DNA of 64,000 nucleotides, from positions 223,074 to 287,073 of the forward strand of contig JBBIRK010000004.1 in the NCBI GenBank assembly GCA_037441845.1. The letters are read 5' to 3'. The stretch is from Candidatus Zixiibacteriota bacterium (lineage in GTDB: Bacteria > Zixibacteria > MSB-5A5 > UBA10806 > 4484-95). Within the stretch, counting starts at the first letter, position 1. Every line of letters starts with the position of its first letter. A program made the translations under genes and the position numbers. This document shows positions 28,732-38,566 of the stretch, in pieces. The notes beneath the pieces are model-generated. The model had not been told where the DNA came from, searched no databases, and saw only the letters and a program-made list of their open reading frames with translations.

Positions 28732-29643
28732 TTACCAGCGGCGATAGCGCCAGAAAAGTATGAATATCACAACCGATATCAAGGCCAGAAACATTATTAT
28801 CCAAAACGCGTGTTCCAATGTAGCCAACGGAATTTTTACGTTCATTGAAAACGCGCTGACCACGAATGTCGGCACCATTATGGCTATCGTGATTATATTC
28901 AGGGTCTTCATCAACACGTTCAGGTTGTTGCTGACTATCGATGCTCTCGCATCCATAAGGCTTGCCAGGATATTCGAATAAACCTCCGCCTGACGGTAAC
29001 ATTGATTATTCTCCACCTGAATATCATCGACCAATTCTTGTTCCTCAACTTGAAGTCCTATCTTGGAAGCATTGATTTTGATTTTATCTATAAGCGCTCC
29101 GTTGGAACTGATAGAGCTCAAGTAATAAACCAGGCTCTTTTCGAGCGTGAACAGATTTATCAAATGCCTGTTTTCCATCGAGGTATTGATTTTCATCTGC
29201 AATTCATCGGAAATAGTGCTGATGATTTTAAGATGCTCGAGAAAATGAAATATGGAGCGATAAATCATTTTCAACGTAAGATATACCGCCGAAAACGGCC
29301 TATTCAATGTTATCCCGTCGAAAATCGGAATATCTTCGGACGCCACCACGATTAACTTGTCTTTGAATATAAATGAACCGATAGATGATACTTTGAACAG
29401 GAATTCATCTTTGACCGAATAATTGCGCGGCCGTTTGAAAATTATCGCCAGATGCTCAGGCTCGAATTCCAAGCGGGAAAGCTCATCGGGATCGAGCGCG
29501 GACAAGAGAGTATGCTCATCGATTTTCCACTCGTTGATCAGATACCTGCGCTCTTCTTCGGTGGGGCAGATAACCAGAAGAATCGGTCCTTCCCGATCGA
29601 CTCTCACCGGTTTGCGATCGATTATATCGTAGTTGTAACGCAA
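28732..29643 (-). CDS. CorA family divalent cation transporter
   Basis: ALDPDELSRLE, NNLNVLMKTLNIITI...PTFVVSAFSMNV, two C-terminal TM helices and a basic tail. Confidence 0.9.
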   Translation of the reverse strand: MRYNYDIIDRKPVRVDREGPILLVICPTEEERRYLINEWKIDEHTLLSALDPDELSRLEFEPEHLAIIFKRPRNYSVKDEFLFKVSSIGSFIFKDKLIVVASEDIPIFDGITLNRPFSAVYLTLKMIYRSIFHFLEHLKIISTISDELQMKINTSMENRHLINLFTLEKSLVYYLSSISSNGALIDKIKINASKIGLQVEEQELVDDIQVENNQCYRQAEVYSNILASLMDARASIVSNNLNVLMKTLNIITIAIMVPTFVVSAFSMNVKIPLATLEHAFWIIMFLALISVVIFILFWRYRRW

Positions 29644-29751
29644 ATATCCTCTTCTCTTGTCAAGGTCTCGACAATTGGTTACTTACATAATTGTTATCGG
29701 CCGAATCTCCAAAGGTCGGATTATATTGTATGGCGACTGATAATGATCAAA

Positions 29752-29833
29752 TGCGGAAGGGGGGATTTGAACCCCCATGCCTTGCGGCGCCACCCCCTCA
29801 AGATGGTGTGTCTGCCAATTCCACCACTTCCGC
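29752..29833 (-). tRNA. tRNA-Leu(GAG)
   Basis: Reverse complement GCGGAAGTGGTGGAATTGGCAGACAC-ACCATCTTGAGGGGGTGG-long variable arm-GGGGGTTCAAATCCCCC-CTTCCGCA; classic position after secG; no CCA. Confidence 0.95.
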
Positions 29834-29911
29834 ATCAATTCCGGTGATTTTCAAAATTATGACGGCGCCGGAACAATGACGGTAAAATGTCCTCGATTGG
29901 CCGCCGTCAAG

Positions 29912-30337
29912 TTACTTTCCCTCTGAAGGCTTGGCCTCCCCGCTTTGCTGATTGCCGGAGGGAGGCTGCTGCTGTTCCTGAGCCGGTGGAACCGGAACCT
30001 CGCTGCCCTGTGGCTGTTCCTGTCCGGGCAAAGCAGCCGGAGATGTCCCCGGCAATTGCTGCTGCAATTCCTTTTTAACGGCCGATTCGGTCTTGGCCGC
30101 CTGCCGTGCAGGGGAAACGAAAGTCAGCGCAAGACAGGAAACCATGAAGGCGATCGCCAATATCGTCGTCGTCTTGGAAAGGAATGTGGCGGCCCCACGT
30201 CCGCCGAATACGGCCCCGCTCAGGCTGGTTCCGCCGAATGCTCCGGCCAATCCCTCGCCCTTGGCCGATTGCATCAGAATGACAAGTATAAGCGAAGCGC
30301 AAATGAATACGTGAATTACTATCAGAATCGCAAACAA
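29912..30337 (-). CDS. secG: preprotein translocase subunit SecG
   Basis: ILMQSAKGEGLAGAFGG...FGGRGAATFLSKTT, two TMs, P/Q-rich tail. Confidence 0.95.
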   Translation of the reverse strand: MFAILIVIHVFICASLILVILMQSAKGEGLAGAFGGTSLSGAVFGGRGAATFLSKTTTILAIAFMVSCLALTFVSPARQAAKTESAVKKELQQQLPGTSPAALPGQEQPQGSEVPVPPAQEQQQPPSGNQQSGEAKPSEGK

Positions 30338-30435
30338 TTTCTGCTCCTTAAATTTCCTTCATCCTAAAATTCAATAAAAAAACAAAATAAGCATTTTAGT
30401 CCCTCAGTCAAGCCTAAAATCGACGATTTTGCCAA

Positions 30436-31200
30436 TCAAGCGCTTATCGTGTTAATTATCCCCAAAAATTCAGCCGATTTAAGACTGGCGCCGCCTACCA
30501 GAAACCCGTCTATATCGTTTTGCGCGAAAAGCTGACCGGCATTCGAAGCTTTCACCGATCCTCCATAGAGAATTCTGATTTCATCCGCATTCCGTGCGTT
30601 TTTCTGCAACAGACTTCTCAAAAAGGCATGCACTTCCTGCGCCTGATCGGGGGTGGCGTTTTTGCCGGTTCCGATCGCCCATACCGGTTCGTAGGCGATC
30701 ACGATTTTGTCGAAATTCGCGATTCCAGCAAGCGATTCCCGGAACTGCCGTTCTACAATTTCTTGGGTTCTGCCCGATTCCCTATCCTCAAGGGTTTCTC
30801 CCAAACAAACGATAGCCGATAATCCGGTTTCGATCGCTTTTTTGAGTTTACGATTGACCGCCCCATCGGTCTCGCCGAAAAGCTGTCTTCGTTCGGAATG
30901 TCCGATTATAACGTATTTACAACCGGCCTCTTTTAACATCTGCGCGGAAATTTCTCCAGTAAATGCGCCCCAATCTTCCCAGTGGATATTCTGGCCTCCG
31001 AGCTTTATCCTCGTTGATTTTATGAGCTGATAAATTTCCGTAATCCAGACGTAAGGCGGGCAGAGGGCTATTTCGATCTTGTAAAGTGATCCCGTGGCCT
31101 GGGCTATCTCTTTCGCCAGTCGCAAGGCCTCCTGGCGATCGGTGTTCATTTTCCAGTTTCCGGCCACCATAGGCACCCGGTATGGGGAGGTCTTGCCCAT
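30436..31200 (-). CDS. tpiA: triose-phosphate isomerase
   Basis: AGNWKMN, GHSERR, AYEPVWAIGTG, LYGGSV, GFLVGGASL. Confidence 0.98.
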   Translation of the reverse strand: MGKTSPYRVPMVAGNWKMNTDRQEALRLAKEIAQATGSLYKIEIALCPPYVWITEIYQLIKSTRIKLGGQNIHWEDWGAFTGEISAQMLKEAGCKYVIIGHSERRQLFGETDGAVNRKLKKAIETGLSAIVCLGETLEDRESGRTQEIVERQFRESLAGIANFDKIVIAYEPVWAIGTGKNATPDQAQEVHAFLRSLLQKNARNADEIRILYGGSVKASNAGQLFAQNDIDGFLVGGASLKSAEFLGIINTISA

Positions 31201-31201
31201 G

Positions 31202-32392
31202 CTAATTCCGCTCCGTCAAGGCCGCCACACCGGGTAGTGTTTTCCCCTCAAGAAATTCAAGCGATGCGCCTCCGCCGGTAGAGACATGAGTTATCTTGTC
31301 GGTTAGGCCTGCTTTCGCGAGCGCCGCCACCGAATCTCCACCGCCAACGATACTGACGGCGCCCCGTGAAGTGGCCTCGGCTATGGCTTGCGCGATCGCC
31401 AGAGTCCCTCCGGCAAAAGCATCCTTTTCGAAAATCCCCATCGGGCCGTTCCATACTACAGTCCGCGCCTCACCTATAATTCGTGAAAATTCTTTCTGGG
31501 TGGCGGGACCGATATCCACTCCGAACCAGTCCGGCGGTATCGCCTGCTTGGGAACGGTCTTGGTCTTAGTGTGTCCGTCGAGAGCATCGGCGACCAAAAC
31601 ATCAGAAGGCAAAATCGGCTGTTTTTCAGGCGCGAGTTTGAGCAGATTTTCCGCCTCGGAAATCCTATCCGCCTCGACCAACGATTTGCCGATCTCCAAG
31701 CCCGCCGCACGATAGAACGTAAACATCATTCCCCCGCCGATCAATAAAGTGTCGACCTTATCGACGAGGTTTTTGATTACATCGATTTTTCCGGATATTT
31801 TCGCCCCTCCCATTATCGCCACGAACGGTCTTTTCGGATCGGCCAAAGCGGCGCCCAGATATCCGATTTCTTTCTGCATCAACAATCCGGCCACAGCCGG
31901 TTTGAGAAAAGTTGTCACTCCATGCGTGGAGGCATGCGCCCTGTGCGCCGAGCCGAAAGCGTCATTTACGTAAATATCACCGAGACGGGCCAGCTTGCTT
32001 GCGAATTCGGGATCGTTCTTTTCTTCTTCAGGGTGAAAACGAAGATTTTCCAGAAGCAAAATTTCGCCGTCGGAAAGTCGACCCACCTCCGCTTCGGCCG
32101 CCGGACCCACGCAATCTTCGGCGAACCTGACGGTTTTCCCTGTAAGTTCGGCAAGTTTCGCGGCAACCGGCCTTAATGAAAATTGGGGGGTCACTTTCCC
32201 TTTGGGGCGGCCGAGATGAGACATCAATATAGGACGGCCGCCTTTGCTGATAATCATATTAATTGTGGGCATGGATTCTCGGATTCGCGTATCGTCGATC
32301 ACTTTGCCGTTCTCTATGGGCACGTTGAAATCCACCCGAACCAGCACCCTTTTCCCCGATAGCGGCACGTCAGTTATCGCCATTTTATTCAT
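31202..32392 (-). CDS. pgk: phosphoglycerate kinase
   Basis: RVDFNVP, SHLGRPKG, LLENLRF, GGAKISGK, WNGPMG, STGGGASLE. Confidence 0.98.
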   Translation of the reverse strand: MNKMAITDVPLSGKRVLVRVDFNVPIENGKVIDDTRIRESMPTINMIISKGGRPILMSHLGRPKGKVTPQFSLRPVAAKLAELTGKTVRFAEDCVGPAAEAEVGRLSDGEILLLENLRFHPEEEKNDPEFASKLARLGDIYVNDAFGSAHRAHASTHGVTTFLKPAVAGLLMQKEIGYLGAALADPKRPFVAIMGGAKISGKIDVIKNLVDKVDTLLIGGGMMFTFYRAAGLEIGKSLVEADRISEAENLLKLAPEKQPILPSDVLVADALDGHTKTKTVPKQAIPPDWFGVDIGPATQKEFSRIIGEARTVVWNGPMGIFEKDAFAGGTLAIAQAIAEATSRGAVSIVGGGDSVAALAKAGLTDKITHVSTGGGASLEFLEGKTLPGVAALTERN

Positions 32393-32584
32393 CTGCGCTC
32401 TCCTTTCATAATAAATTATATCGGCCGCAGTTATATTGCATAAAGCGGTGAGCGTCAAGCAAATTTACCCCTACCGCATCATTGAAATTGGCCCATCGGA
32501 TTCAAGGAATATGTAACACTTAAATATTTCGTCATGATGACGATATAGTAAGTGGTCGTAATTATCCACAAAACAGGGGGGAAC

Positions 32585-32815
32585 ATGAATTCCAACATCG
32601 CTAATCTGTTGATGCAAAAGAAATGGAGTCAGCGCCGCCTGGCATATAAGGTCGGTCTCGATCCGGTTTATATCAACCGCATTATCCGCCAGAATCGCGA
32701 CATCCGAATCAGCACCGCCAAAAAAATCGCCTCGGCTCTTGATTGCTCGCTGGATGAATTGTTCAATCACACGATTCAATCGGATAATGTCTGCGCGTCG
32801 CAGGCTGGTCGATGA
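32585..32815 (+). CDS. XRE/Cro-family helix-turn-helix regulator
   Basis: WSQRRLAYKVGLDPVYINRII...ISTAKKIASALDCSLDELF; GGGGGG SD. Confidence 0.85.
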   Translation: MNSNIANLLMQKKWSQRRLAYKVGLDPVYINRIIRQNRDIRISTAKKIASALDCSLDELFNHTIQSDNVCASQAGR

Positions 32816-32862
32816 CCGAAGAATTGGACAAATGGCCGGCTGCCATAGCCCGGTGCAAGACT

Positions 32863-33084
32863 TCAACGCGGCTTAAAACCTTCGTCTTTCGGTGATTGAT
32901 ATTTGAGTTTCGTCTTATTGATCAATTGGTCCACCGCCCGATGAAATTTCTGCTCTGATATCGGCTCATCGTTGGTAGCCATGTAAAGCGGGCAATCCGT
33001 TTTATAGCCATAGCATTTGGCCGCCTCGGCGAGGTAACAATGCATGAGGTAGGCGCATCTTTTGGCTGCGGGTTCCGAATACAT
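32863..33084 (-). CDS. small Cys-rich hypothetical protein (73 aa)
   Basis: SD AGAGGA then ATG; CAYLMHC...KCYGYKTDCPLY. Confidence 0.6.
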   Translation of the reverse strand: MYSEPAAKRCAYLMHCYLAEAAKCYGYKTDCPLYMATNDEPISEQKFHRAVDQLINKTKLKYQSPKDEGFKPR

Positions 33085-33183
33085 CCATGTCCTCTTCTTA
33101 TACTTATAATTCGGGATCATTTGGAATAATTTTATTTGACAGTTCAGGATTACCATAAGAATATTTATGAAAAGGAGATTCAG

Positions 33184-33951
33184 ATGGAGAATGAAAAATC
33201 GTTTACCGGAATCACCCAGATCGAACCGGGGGTGATTCGAATCAGGGGATATGATATCGCCGACCTTATGGAGAAAAAGAATTTTGCGGAAGTCATTTTT
33301 CTTTTGTGGAAAGGGGAATTGCCATCGCCCGCCGAAGCCAAGATGATGGAGGCCATTTTGGTTTCGTCCGTTGATCATGGCGTAACCCCGCCTTCGTCGC
33401 TGGCCACCCGAGTGGTGGTTTCGGGCGGCAACCCCTTGAACGCGGCCATAGCCGGCGGGATATTGACGATCGGAGAATCACACGGCGGGGCGATCGAGCA
33501 ATCGGCGCGGATTTTTCAAGAGTGGGTGAAAAAAGGAGACGACACGGCCGATACGGCGCGGGAATTGGTTAGCCATATCAAGCAAACCGGGTTGCGATTG
33601 CCGGGATTCGGACACAGACTGCACAAAATTGATCCGAGAACCGTCAAGCTGTTCGATCTGGCAAATCGATTGAATTTCACGGGCAAACATATCAGGCTGG
33701 CTTTGGAAGTGGAAAAGCAGCTGGCTGCGTTGTCCGGAAAGCCGTTGCCGATCAATGTTGATGGGGCGATAGCTGCGGTGATTTCGGACATGGGGTTCGA
33801 TTGGAGGTTGGGGAAAGCGTTTTTCATAATCTCTAGATGCGCAGGGCTGGCGGCACATGCCTATGAGGAGGCAACCAGATTCAAGCCGATGCGCAAGCTG
33901 GGACCAGGCCCACATGATTACAACGGTCCAGCGCCCCGGGAAATTCGATGA
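33184..33951 (+). CDS. citryl-CoA lyase / short citrate synthase-family protein
   Basis: IRGY, VDHGVTPPS, HGGAIE, PGFGHRLHKIDPR, INVDGAIAA, SRCAGLAAH; about 255 aa; SD AAGGAG. Confidence 0.85.
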   Translation: MENEKSFTGITQIEPGVIRIRGYDIADLMEKKNFAEVIFLLWKGELPSPAEAKMMEAILVSSVDHGVTPPSSLATRVVVSGGNPLNAAIAGGILTIGESHGGAIEQSARIFQEWVKKGDDTADTARELVSHIKQTGLRLPGFGHRLHKIDPRTVKLFDLANRLNFTGKHIRLALEVEKQLAALSGKPLPINVDGAIAAVISDMGFDWRLGKAFFIISRCAGLAAHAYEEATRFKPMRKLGPGPHDYNGPAPREIR

Positions 33952-34017
33952 ATGCAGTTTGGAAAGCGGATTTTCGTCGTCCATAAAAAAATTCATTTGA
34001 TCGGTCGGCAAAATTCC

Positions 34018-34046
34018 TTGACAGCATGAACGGAAAAGATTAAATA
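34018..34046 (+). promoter_or_regulatory. putative promoter of the atp operon
   Basis: TTGACA-N17-TAAATA. Confidence 0.5.
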
Positions 34047-34066
34047 GAAAAAGTTTTGGCGGTTTG

Positions 34067-34291
34067 ATGGATAAGGACAAGCTTACCGGTTACCGCCAAC
34101 TGGCGATAGCCACCACGATTCCGGTGATTCTGGTGGTTGCGCCGCTGTTAGGGTATTACATTGGAAACTGGGTGGACAGGCGTTTGGGAACCGGCAAAAT
34201 CTTCATGATTATAGGACTTGCTCTCGGTTTCGGGGCGGCCGCTAAAGAAATCTACCAACTGATCAAGAAAGGCTCCGAAAACAATAAATGA
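34067..34291 (+). CDS. AtpZ/AtpI family membrane protein
   Basis: Two TMs with GYYIGNWVDRRLGT; first gene of the atp operon. Confidence 0.85.
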   Translation: MDKDKLTGYRQLAIATTIPVILVVAPLLGYYIGNWVDRRLGTGKIFMIIGLALGFGAAAKEIYQLIKKGSENNK

Positions 34292-34677
34292 ATCCCGAAT
34301 TTGTCGATCGAGTAATTAGGACATCGCTGATATTCTCGCTGCTCGTATCGATTTTCTTGGCCGTCTATATACGAATTTCATTTGCGGTATCATTCATATT
34401 CGGTTGCCTTTGGGGGTGCGCAAATCTGTTTCTGTTGAAAATGCTGGTAATGCGGTTGATAGTTCACGAGCCAAGGAAAAATATCAAGACGATCATTGCT
34501 GTTTTATTGGTGAAATTTCCGATTCTTTATTTGGCGGGGTATCTGCTCGTCAAATGGCCGTATTTATCGGTTTATGGTTTGTTGTGGGGTTTTTCGGCGA
34601 TCCTGATCGTAACGTTACTCAAGATCGCCAGCAGGGCCATTCTTAAAATGGATTCGAAACCGGCGAAAGTATTATGA
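34288..34677 (+). CDS. atpI: ATP synthase subunit I
   Basis: Four TM helices; lies directly upstream of atpB. Confidence 0.75.
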   Translation: MNPEFVDRVIRTSLIFSLLVSIFLAVYIRISFAVSFIFGCLWGCANLFLLKMLVMRLIVHEPRKNIKTIIAVLLVKFPILYLAGYLLVKWPYLSVYGLLWGFSAILIVTLLKIASRAILKMDSKPAKVL

Positions 34678-35639
34678 TCGAAAAATTATCCCTTTTCTTG
34701 AACAGCATCGTTCAATCCATGAATGAACACGCGACTCCGGTATCGGACACGCTCATGGAACATAATCAGCACAGTGGGATAATCGCGGACACTTTGAAAT
34801 CTTTGCACGATACGGCGCATGCGGCGGCCGGACATGTCGTTCATGGAGCAGGTGAAGCGGCACACGGAGCTGGACACGCACCGGAATTACCCAACTGGCT
34901 CGAACTTGCCAAAATTTTGTTTCCCGGCAAACTGACCGATTTCCTTTTCGCCTGGCATGTCGTGATTTTCTCGGCGATCGTCTGGCTGTTGTTATCGTTT
35001 TTCTGTATTATCGCCTATAGGAAACGGTCTATATATCCAGGAAAACTGCAGAATCTTATCGAATGGATCGTTGAAACACTTTACAATTTAATCGTGGGCA
35101 TTCTTGGACCGTCGGGGGTTCGCTACGTGCCATTTCTCGGAACACTATTCGTATACATTTTTACGATGAACGTTTTCGGTCTATTCCCGGGCATGTTTTC
35201 ATCGACATCGAAACTTAATACGACTCTCGCTTTAGCCATCTGCGTGTTTTGTTACGTGCAGTTTGAGGGGATTCGAGCCAACGGCCTGAAAGGTTATATA
35301 CTTCATTTGGCCGGTTCACCCAAGTCGGTCGTCGAGTGGTGTCTGGTGCCGCTCAATCTTCCGCTTCATATAATCGGCGAATTGGCCAAGCCGATTTCGT
35401 TGTCGTTGCGTCTTTTCGGCAATATCTCGGGCGAGGATATGCTGCTTGCGATTTTTGCCGGCCTGGGCATCGCCTCACTTGCGTTTATCAATCCGCCGAA
35501 CTGGCTGCCAGGATTGCCCCTGCAATTTCCCTTTATTTTTCTGGCATTGTTGACCAGTTTCGTGCAGGCGTTGGTCTTTACGTTATTGTCATCGATTTAT
35601 TTTTCGCTTATGACCCATCACGAGGAAGAACATCATTAG
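34674..35639 (+). CDS. atpB: F0F1 ATP synthase subunit a
   Basis: PGKLQNLIE, KPISLSLRLFGNI, VQALVFTLLS. Confidence 0.96.
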   Translation: MIEKLSLFLNSIVQSMNEHATPVSDTLMEHNQHSGIIADTLKSLHDTAHAAAGHVVHGAGEAAHGAGHAPELPNWLELAKILFPGKLTDFLFAWHVVIFSAIVWLLLSFFCIIAYRKRSIYPGKLQNLIEWIVETLYNLIVGILGPSGVRYVPFLGTLFVYIFTMNVFGLFPGMFSSTSKLNTTLALAICVFCYVQFEGIRANGLKGYILHLAGSPKSVVEWCLVPLNLPLHIIGELAKPISLSLRLFGNISGEDMLLAIFAGLGIASLAFINPPNWLPGLPLQFPFIFLALLTSFVQALVFTLLSSIYFSLMTHHEEEHH

Positions 35640-35673
35640 ATTGTTGGATATTTGAATTTCAGAAGGAGGACTT

Positions 35674-35895
35674 GTGGACGCTGAAACTGCAAAAGGATTT
35701 TTACTGCCGATGACTGTGGCCGTGGCTGCCTTAGGTTCGGGCCTCGGTTTGGGGAAAGCGGTCGGTTCGGCCATGGAGGCGATGGCTCGTCAGCCTGAGG
35801 CCGCCGGAAAAATCCAGACCGGCATGATTATCGGTGCGGCATTTATCGAGGCCTTGACCATATACGCGTTGGTTGCGGTTATTCTCCTCAAGTAA
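35674..35895 (+). CDS. atpE: F0F1 ATP synthase subunit c
   Basis: GxGx[16 protein letters not shown]. Confidence 0.96.
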   Translation: MDAETAKGFLLPMTVAVAALGSGLGLGKAVGSAMEAMARQPEAAGKIQTGMIIGAAFIEALTIYALVAVILLK

Positions 35896-35944
35896 ATCGC
35901 GGTAATTCGGGCGACCCGCCCGAAAACCCTCAAGAGGAGGAATT

Positions 35945-36451
35945 ATGGGAGAAATAGCCGACTCGCTTGGTCTCAAATTGCCCGAGCTTCTCACCCAGAT
36001 CGTCGGGTTTTTGTTGGCGGTATGGATTTTGAAGCGATTTGCCTGGAAACCGCTGTTGGCGATGCTCGAACAGAGAAGGGCGCAAATAAAAAGCGATCTG
36101 GAAGAAGCGGAGCAAACGCGGAAAAAAGCCAACGAAATTCTGATAGAGTATCAACGTCAGCTCAAGGAAATCGACGCCACGGCACGCCTGAAGATACAAG
36201 AGGCGATAGCCGAAGGCAATCGGGTTGCGGCCGAAATCCGCGAGCAATCGCGCATCGAGGCCAAGGATATAATCTTAAAGGCTCGCGACGAGCTGGCAAG
36301 AGACGTGGCCAAAGCCAAAGTCGAACTACGCAACGATATGGTAAGGATGTCGATTTTGGCGACCGAGAAAATCATCAACGAAAAACTCGATGATGAAAAG
36401 CATAGACAACTCATCGGAAAGTTTTTGGACGAGGTCGAACACGCTAAATGA
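35945..36451 (+). CDS. atpF: F0F1 ATP synthase subunit b
   Basis: N-terminal TM, AWKPLLAMLEQR, coiled coil. Confidence 0.95.
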   Translation: MGEIADSLGLKLPELLTQIVGFLLAVWILKRFAWKPLLAMLEQRRAQIKSDLEEAEQTRKKANEILIEYQRQLKEIDATARLKIQEAIAEGNRVAAEIREQSRIEAKDIILKARDELARDVAKAKVELRNDMVRMSILATEKIINEKLDDEKHRQLIGKFLDEVEHAK

Positions 36452-36996
36452 GAGATACCAAGATCGCGCATAGATACGCGATGGCCCTGTTCCGGGTCGC
36501 CTTGAAATCCGATACCCTCGACATAGCGGCGATCGACCTCAACCAACTGAGGTCTTTCGCCTCGATTCATAAGGATTTCCTCGGATTCTTGAAATCGCCC
36601 TCGATTCGAGACGACGAAAAAATGAATCTGCTGCGAACCCTGTTCACGACGAGGCTGTCGCCGCAGGTGTTGAGTTTTCTCGAATTGCTTTTACGCAAAC
36701 ACAGGATAGATCTGTTTCCGGAAATCGTCGCCGAATTCGATCGAATCGTCGAGGACCATTATGGATTGATTCGCGCGAAAGTCGTGTCGGCCGTTCACCT
36801 TGGTGAAGACATCAAGAATGCGCTGAGGGATAAACTCGAAAAAATCTCCGGAAAGAAAATCGAAATTATTCACAAGATCGACAAGTCGATAATCGGAGGC
36901 ATGATCGTTTATCTGCACAATCAGGTTATCGACCGATCCGTTCGTCATCAACTTGATCAATTGAGGCATGACCTTCTGAGTGTGAAGGTGCATTAA
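36448..36996 (+). CDS. atpH: ATP synthase F1 subunit delta
   Basis: IAHRYAMALF, IDKSIIGG, IDRSV. Confidence 0.95.
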   Translation: MRDTKIAHRYAMALFRVALKSDTLDIAAIDLNQLRSFASIHKDFLGFLKSPSIRDDEKMNLLRTLFTTRLSPQVLSFLELLLRKHRIDLFPEIVAEFDRIVEDHYGLIRAKVVSAVHLGEDIKNALRDKLEKISGKKIEIIHKIDKSIIGGMIVYLHNQVIDRSVRHQLDQLRHDLLSVKVH

Positions 36997-37008
36997 TAGA
37001 GGTGCTTT

Positions 37009-38523
37009 ATGGCGTTCCGTCCTGAAGAAGTCAGTTCCATATTACAGAAGGAAATCGAAAAACACCAAGCCAAGCTGGAGATGGAATCAGTCGGCACGAT
37101 TCTTCAGGTGGGAGATGGTATTGCCCGCATCTGGGGACTCGAAGATGCCATGATGTCCGAATTATTGCTCTTCCCGGGCGATATAATCGGAATCGTGCTT
37201 AATCTCGAAGAAGATTCGGTGTCGGCGGCGATTTTCGGACCAGACACCAATATCAAAGAAGGCGATACGGTCAAGCGAACCGGTGCGGTCGCCAGAGTGC
37301 CGGTGGGTGAGGCTTTAGCCGGAAGAGTAGTGAACCCGCTTGGACAACCGCTCGACGGCAAGGGGCCGATCGTGACCGACCACTTCAGACCCATTGAAGG
37401 AAATGCTCCGAACGTCGTCTCCAGGCAGCCGGTGAAGGAACCCGTGCAGACGGGACTGAAAGCCATAGATTCGATGATTCCCATCGGACGGGGCCAGAGG
37501 GAGCTGATAATCGGCGATCGGCAGACGGGTAAGACCGCCATAGCCATCGACACTATCATCAATCAAAAAGATTCCGATATATTTTGCTTTTATGTCGCCA
37601 TAGGCCAAAAAGCTTCCACAGTCGCCAAGGTCGTGAAAACACTCGAGGATTTCGGAGCCATGGAGTACACGACCGTGGTCGTCGCCACCGCCACCGATCC
37701 GGCGCCGATGCAGTTTATCGCACCGTATGCAGGTTGTGCGATGGGCGAATATCTGCGCGACAACGGCAAGCACGCTTTGTGCATTTACGATGACCTGAGT
37801 AAACATGCGAATGCTTATCGTCAGCTTTCGCTGTTGGTCAGGCGGCCGCCGGGAAGAGAGGCTTACCCGGGCGACGTATTCTATCTGCATTCGCGTTTGC
37901 TGGAAAGAGCAGCCAAGCTGAGCGACAAATTAGGTGGAGGGTCGTTGACCGCGCTGCCGGTAATTGAAACGCAAGCGGGCGACGTCTCCGCATATATACC
38001 CACCAACGTGATTTCGATCACTGATGGGCAGATATATCTCGAGCCCGACCTGTTCTATGCCGGATTCAGACCGGCCATCAACGTGGGAATCTCGGTTTCG
38101 CGTGTCGGCGGAAATGCTCAGACAAAGGCCATGAAAAAAGTTGCCGGGTCCCTAAGGCTCGATTTGGCGCAATACCGAAACCTGGCCGCTTTCGCGCAGT
38201 TCGGTTCGGATCTCGACGAGGTAACGCTTCGCCAGTTGACCAGAGGCAAGGTGACCGAAGAAGTTCTGAAACAGCTTCAATACGAGCCGATGCCGCTGGA
38301 AAAGCAGGTAATGATTCTCTGGGTCGCCGGCAACGGCTATTTGGATGACGTACCGGTCGAGAAGGTCAAAGAGTTCGAAAGCGAATACCACCAATTCATG
38401 AGCAAGAACTTCCCCGATGTCGGCCATGACATCAAATCGAAAAAGGATCTGGATGACACGATTATCGCCAAATTACGTCAGTCCATAGAGAAATTCAAAG
38501 CGGATTACAAAGCGAAAAAATAG
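37009..38523 (+). CDS. atpA: ATP synthase F1 subunit alpha
   Basis: [37 protein letters not shown]. Confidence 0.99.
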   Translation: MAFRPEEVSSILQKEIEKHQAKLEMESVGTILQVGDGIARIWGLEDAMMSELLLFPGDIIGIVLNLEEDSVSAAIFGPDTNIKEGDTVKRTGAVARVPVGEALAGRVVNPLGQPLDGKGPIVTDHFRPIEGNAPNVVSRQPVKEPVQTGLKAIDSMIPIGRGQRELIIGDRQTGKTAIAIDTIINQKDSDIFCFYVAIGQKASTVAKVVKTLEDFGAMEYTTVVVATATDPAPMQFIAPYAGCAMGEYLRDNGKHALCIYDDLSKHANAYRQLSLLVRRPPGREAYPGDVFYLHSRLLERAAKLSDKLGGGSLTALPVIETQAGDVSAYIPTNVISITDGQIYLEPDLFYAGFRPAINVGISVSRVGGNAQTKAMKKVAGSLRLDLAQYRNLAAFAQFGSDLDEVTLRQLTRGKVTEEVLKQLQYEPMPLEKQVMILWVAGNGYLDDVPVEKVKEFESEYHQFMSKNFPDVGHDIKSKKDLDDTIIAKLRQSIEKFKADYKAKK

Positions 38524-38566
38524 GCGATCCACCAACGAAGAGTGAAATAAAAAAGGTCAAGATAAG

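Noticed and set aside
31190..31215. Pgk-Tpi fusion by programmed frameshift
   Set aside because: The genes are 1 nt apart but no slippery run precedes the pgk stop; ordinary translational coupling explains it.
32562..32570. Replication origin
   Set aside because: Only one perfect DnaA box; no box cluster and no dnaA/dnaN context.
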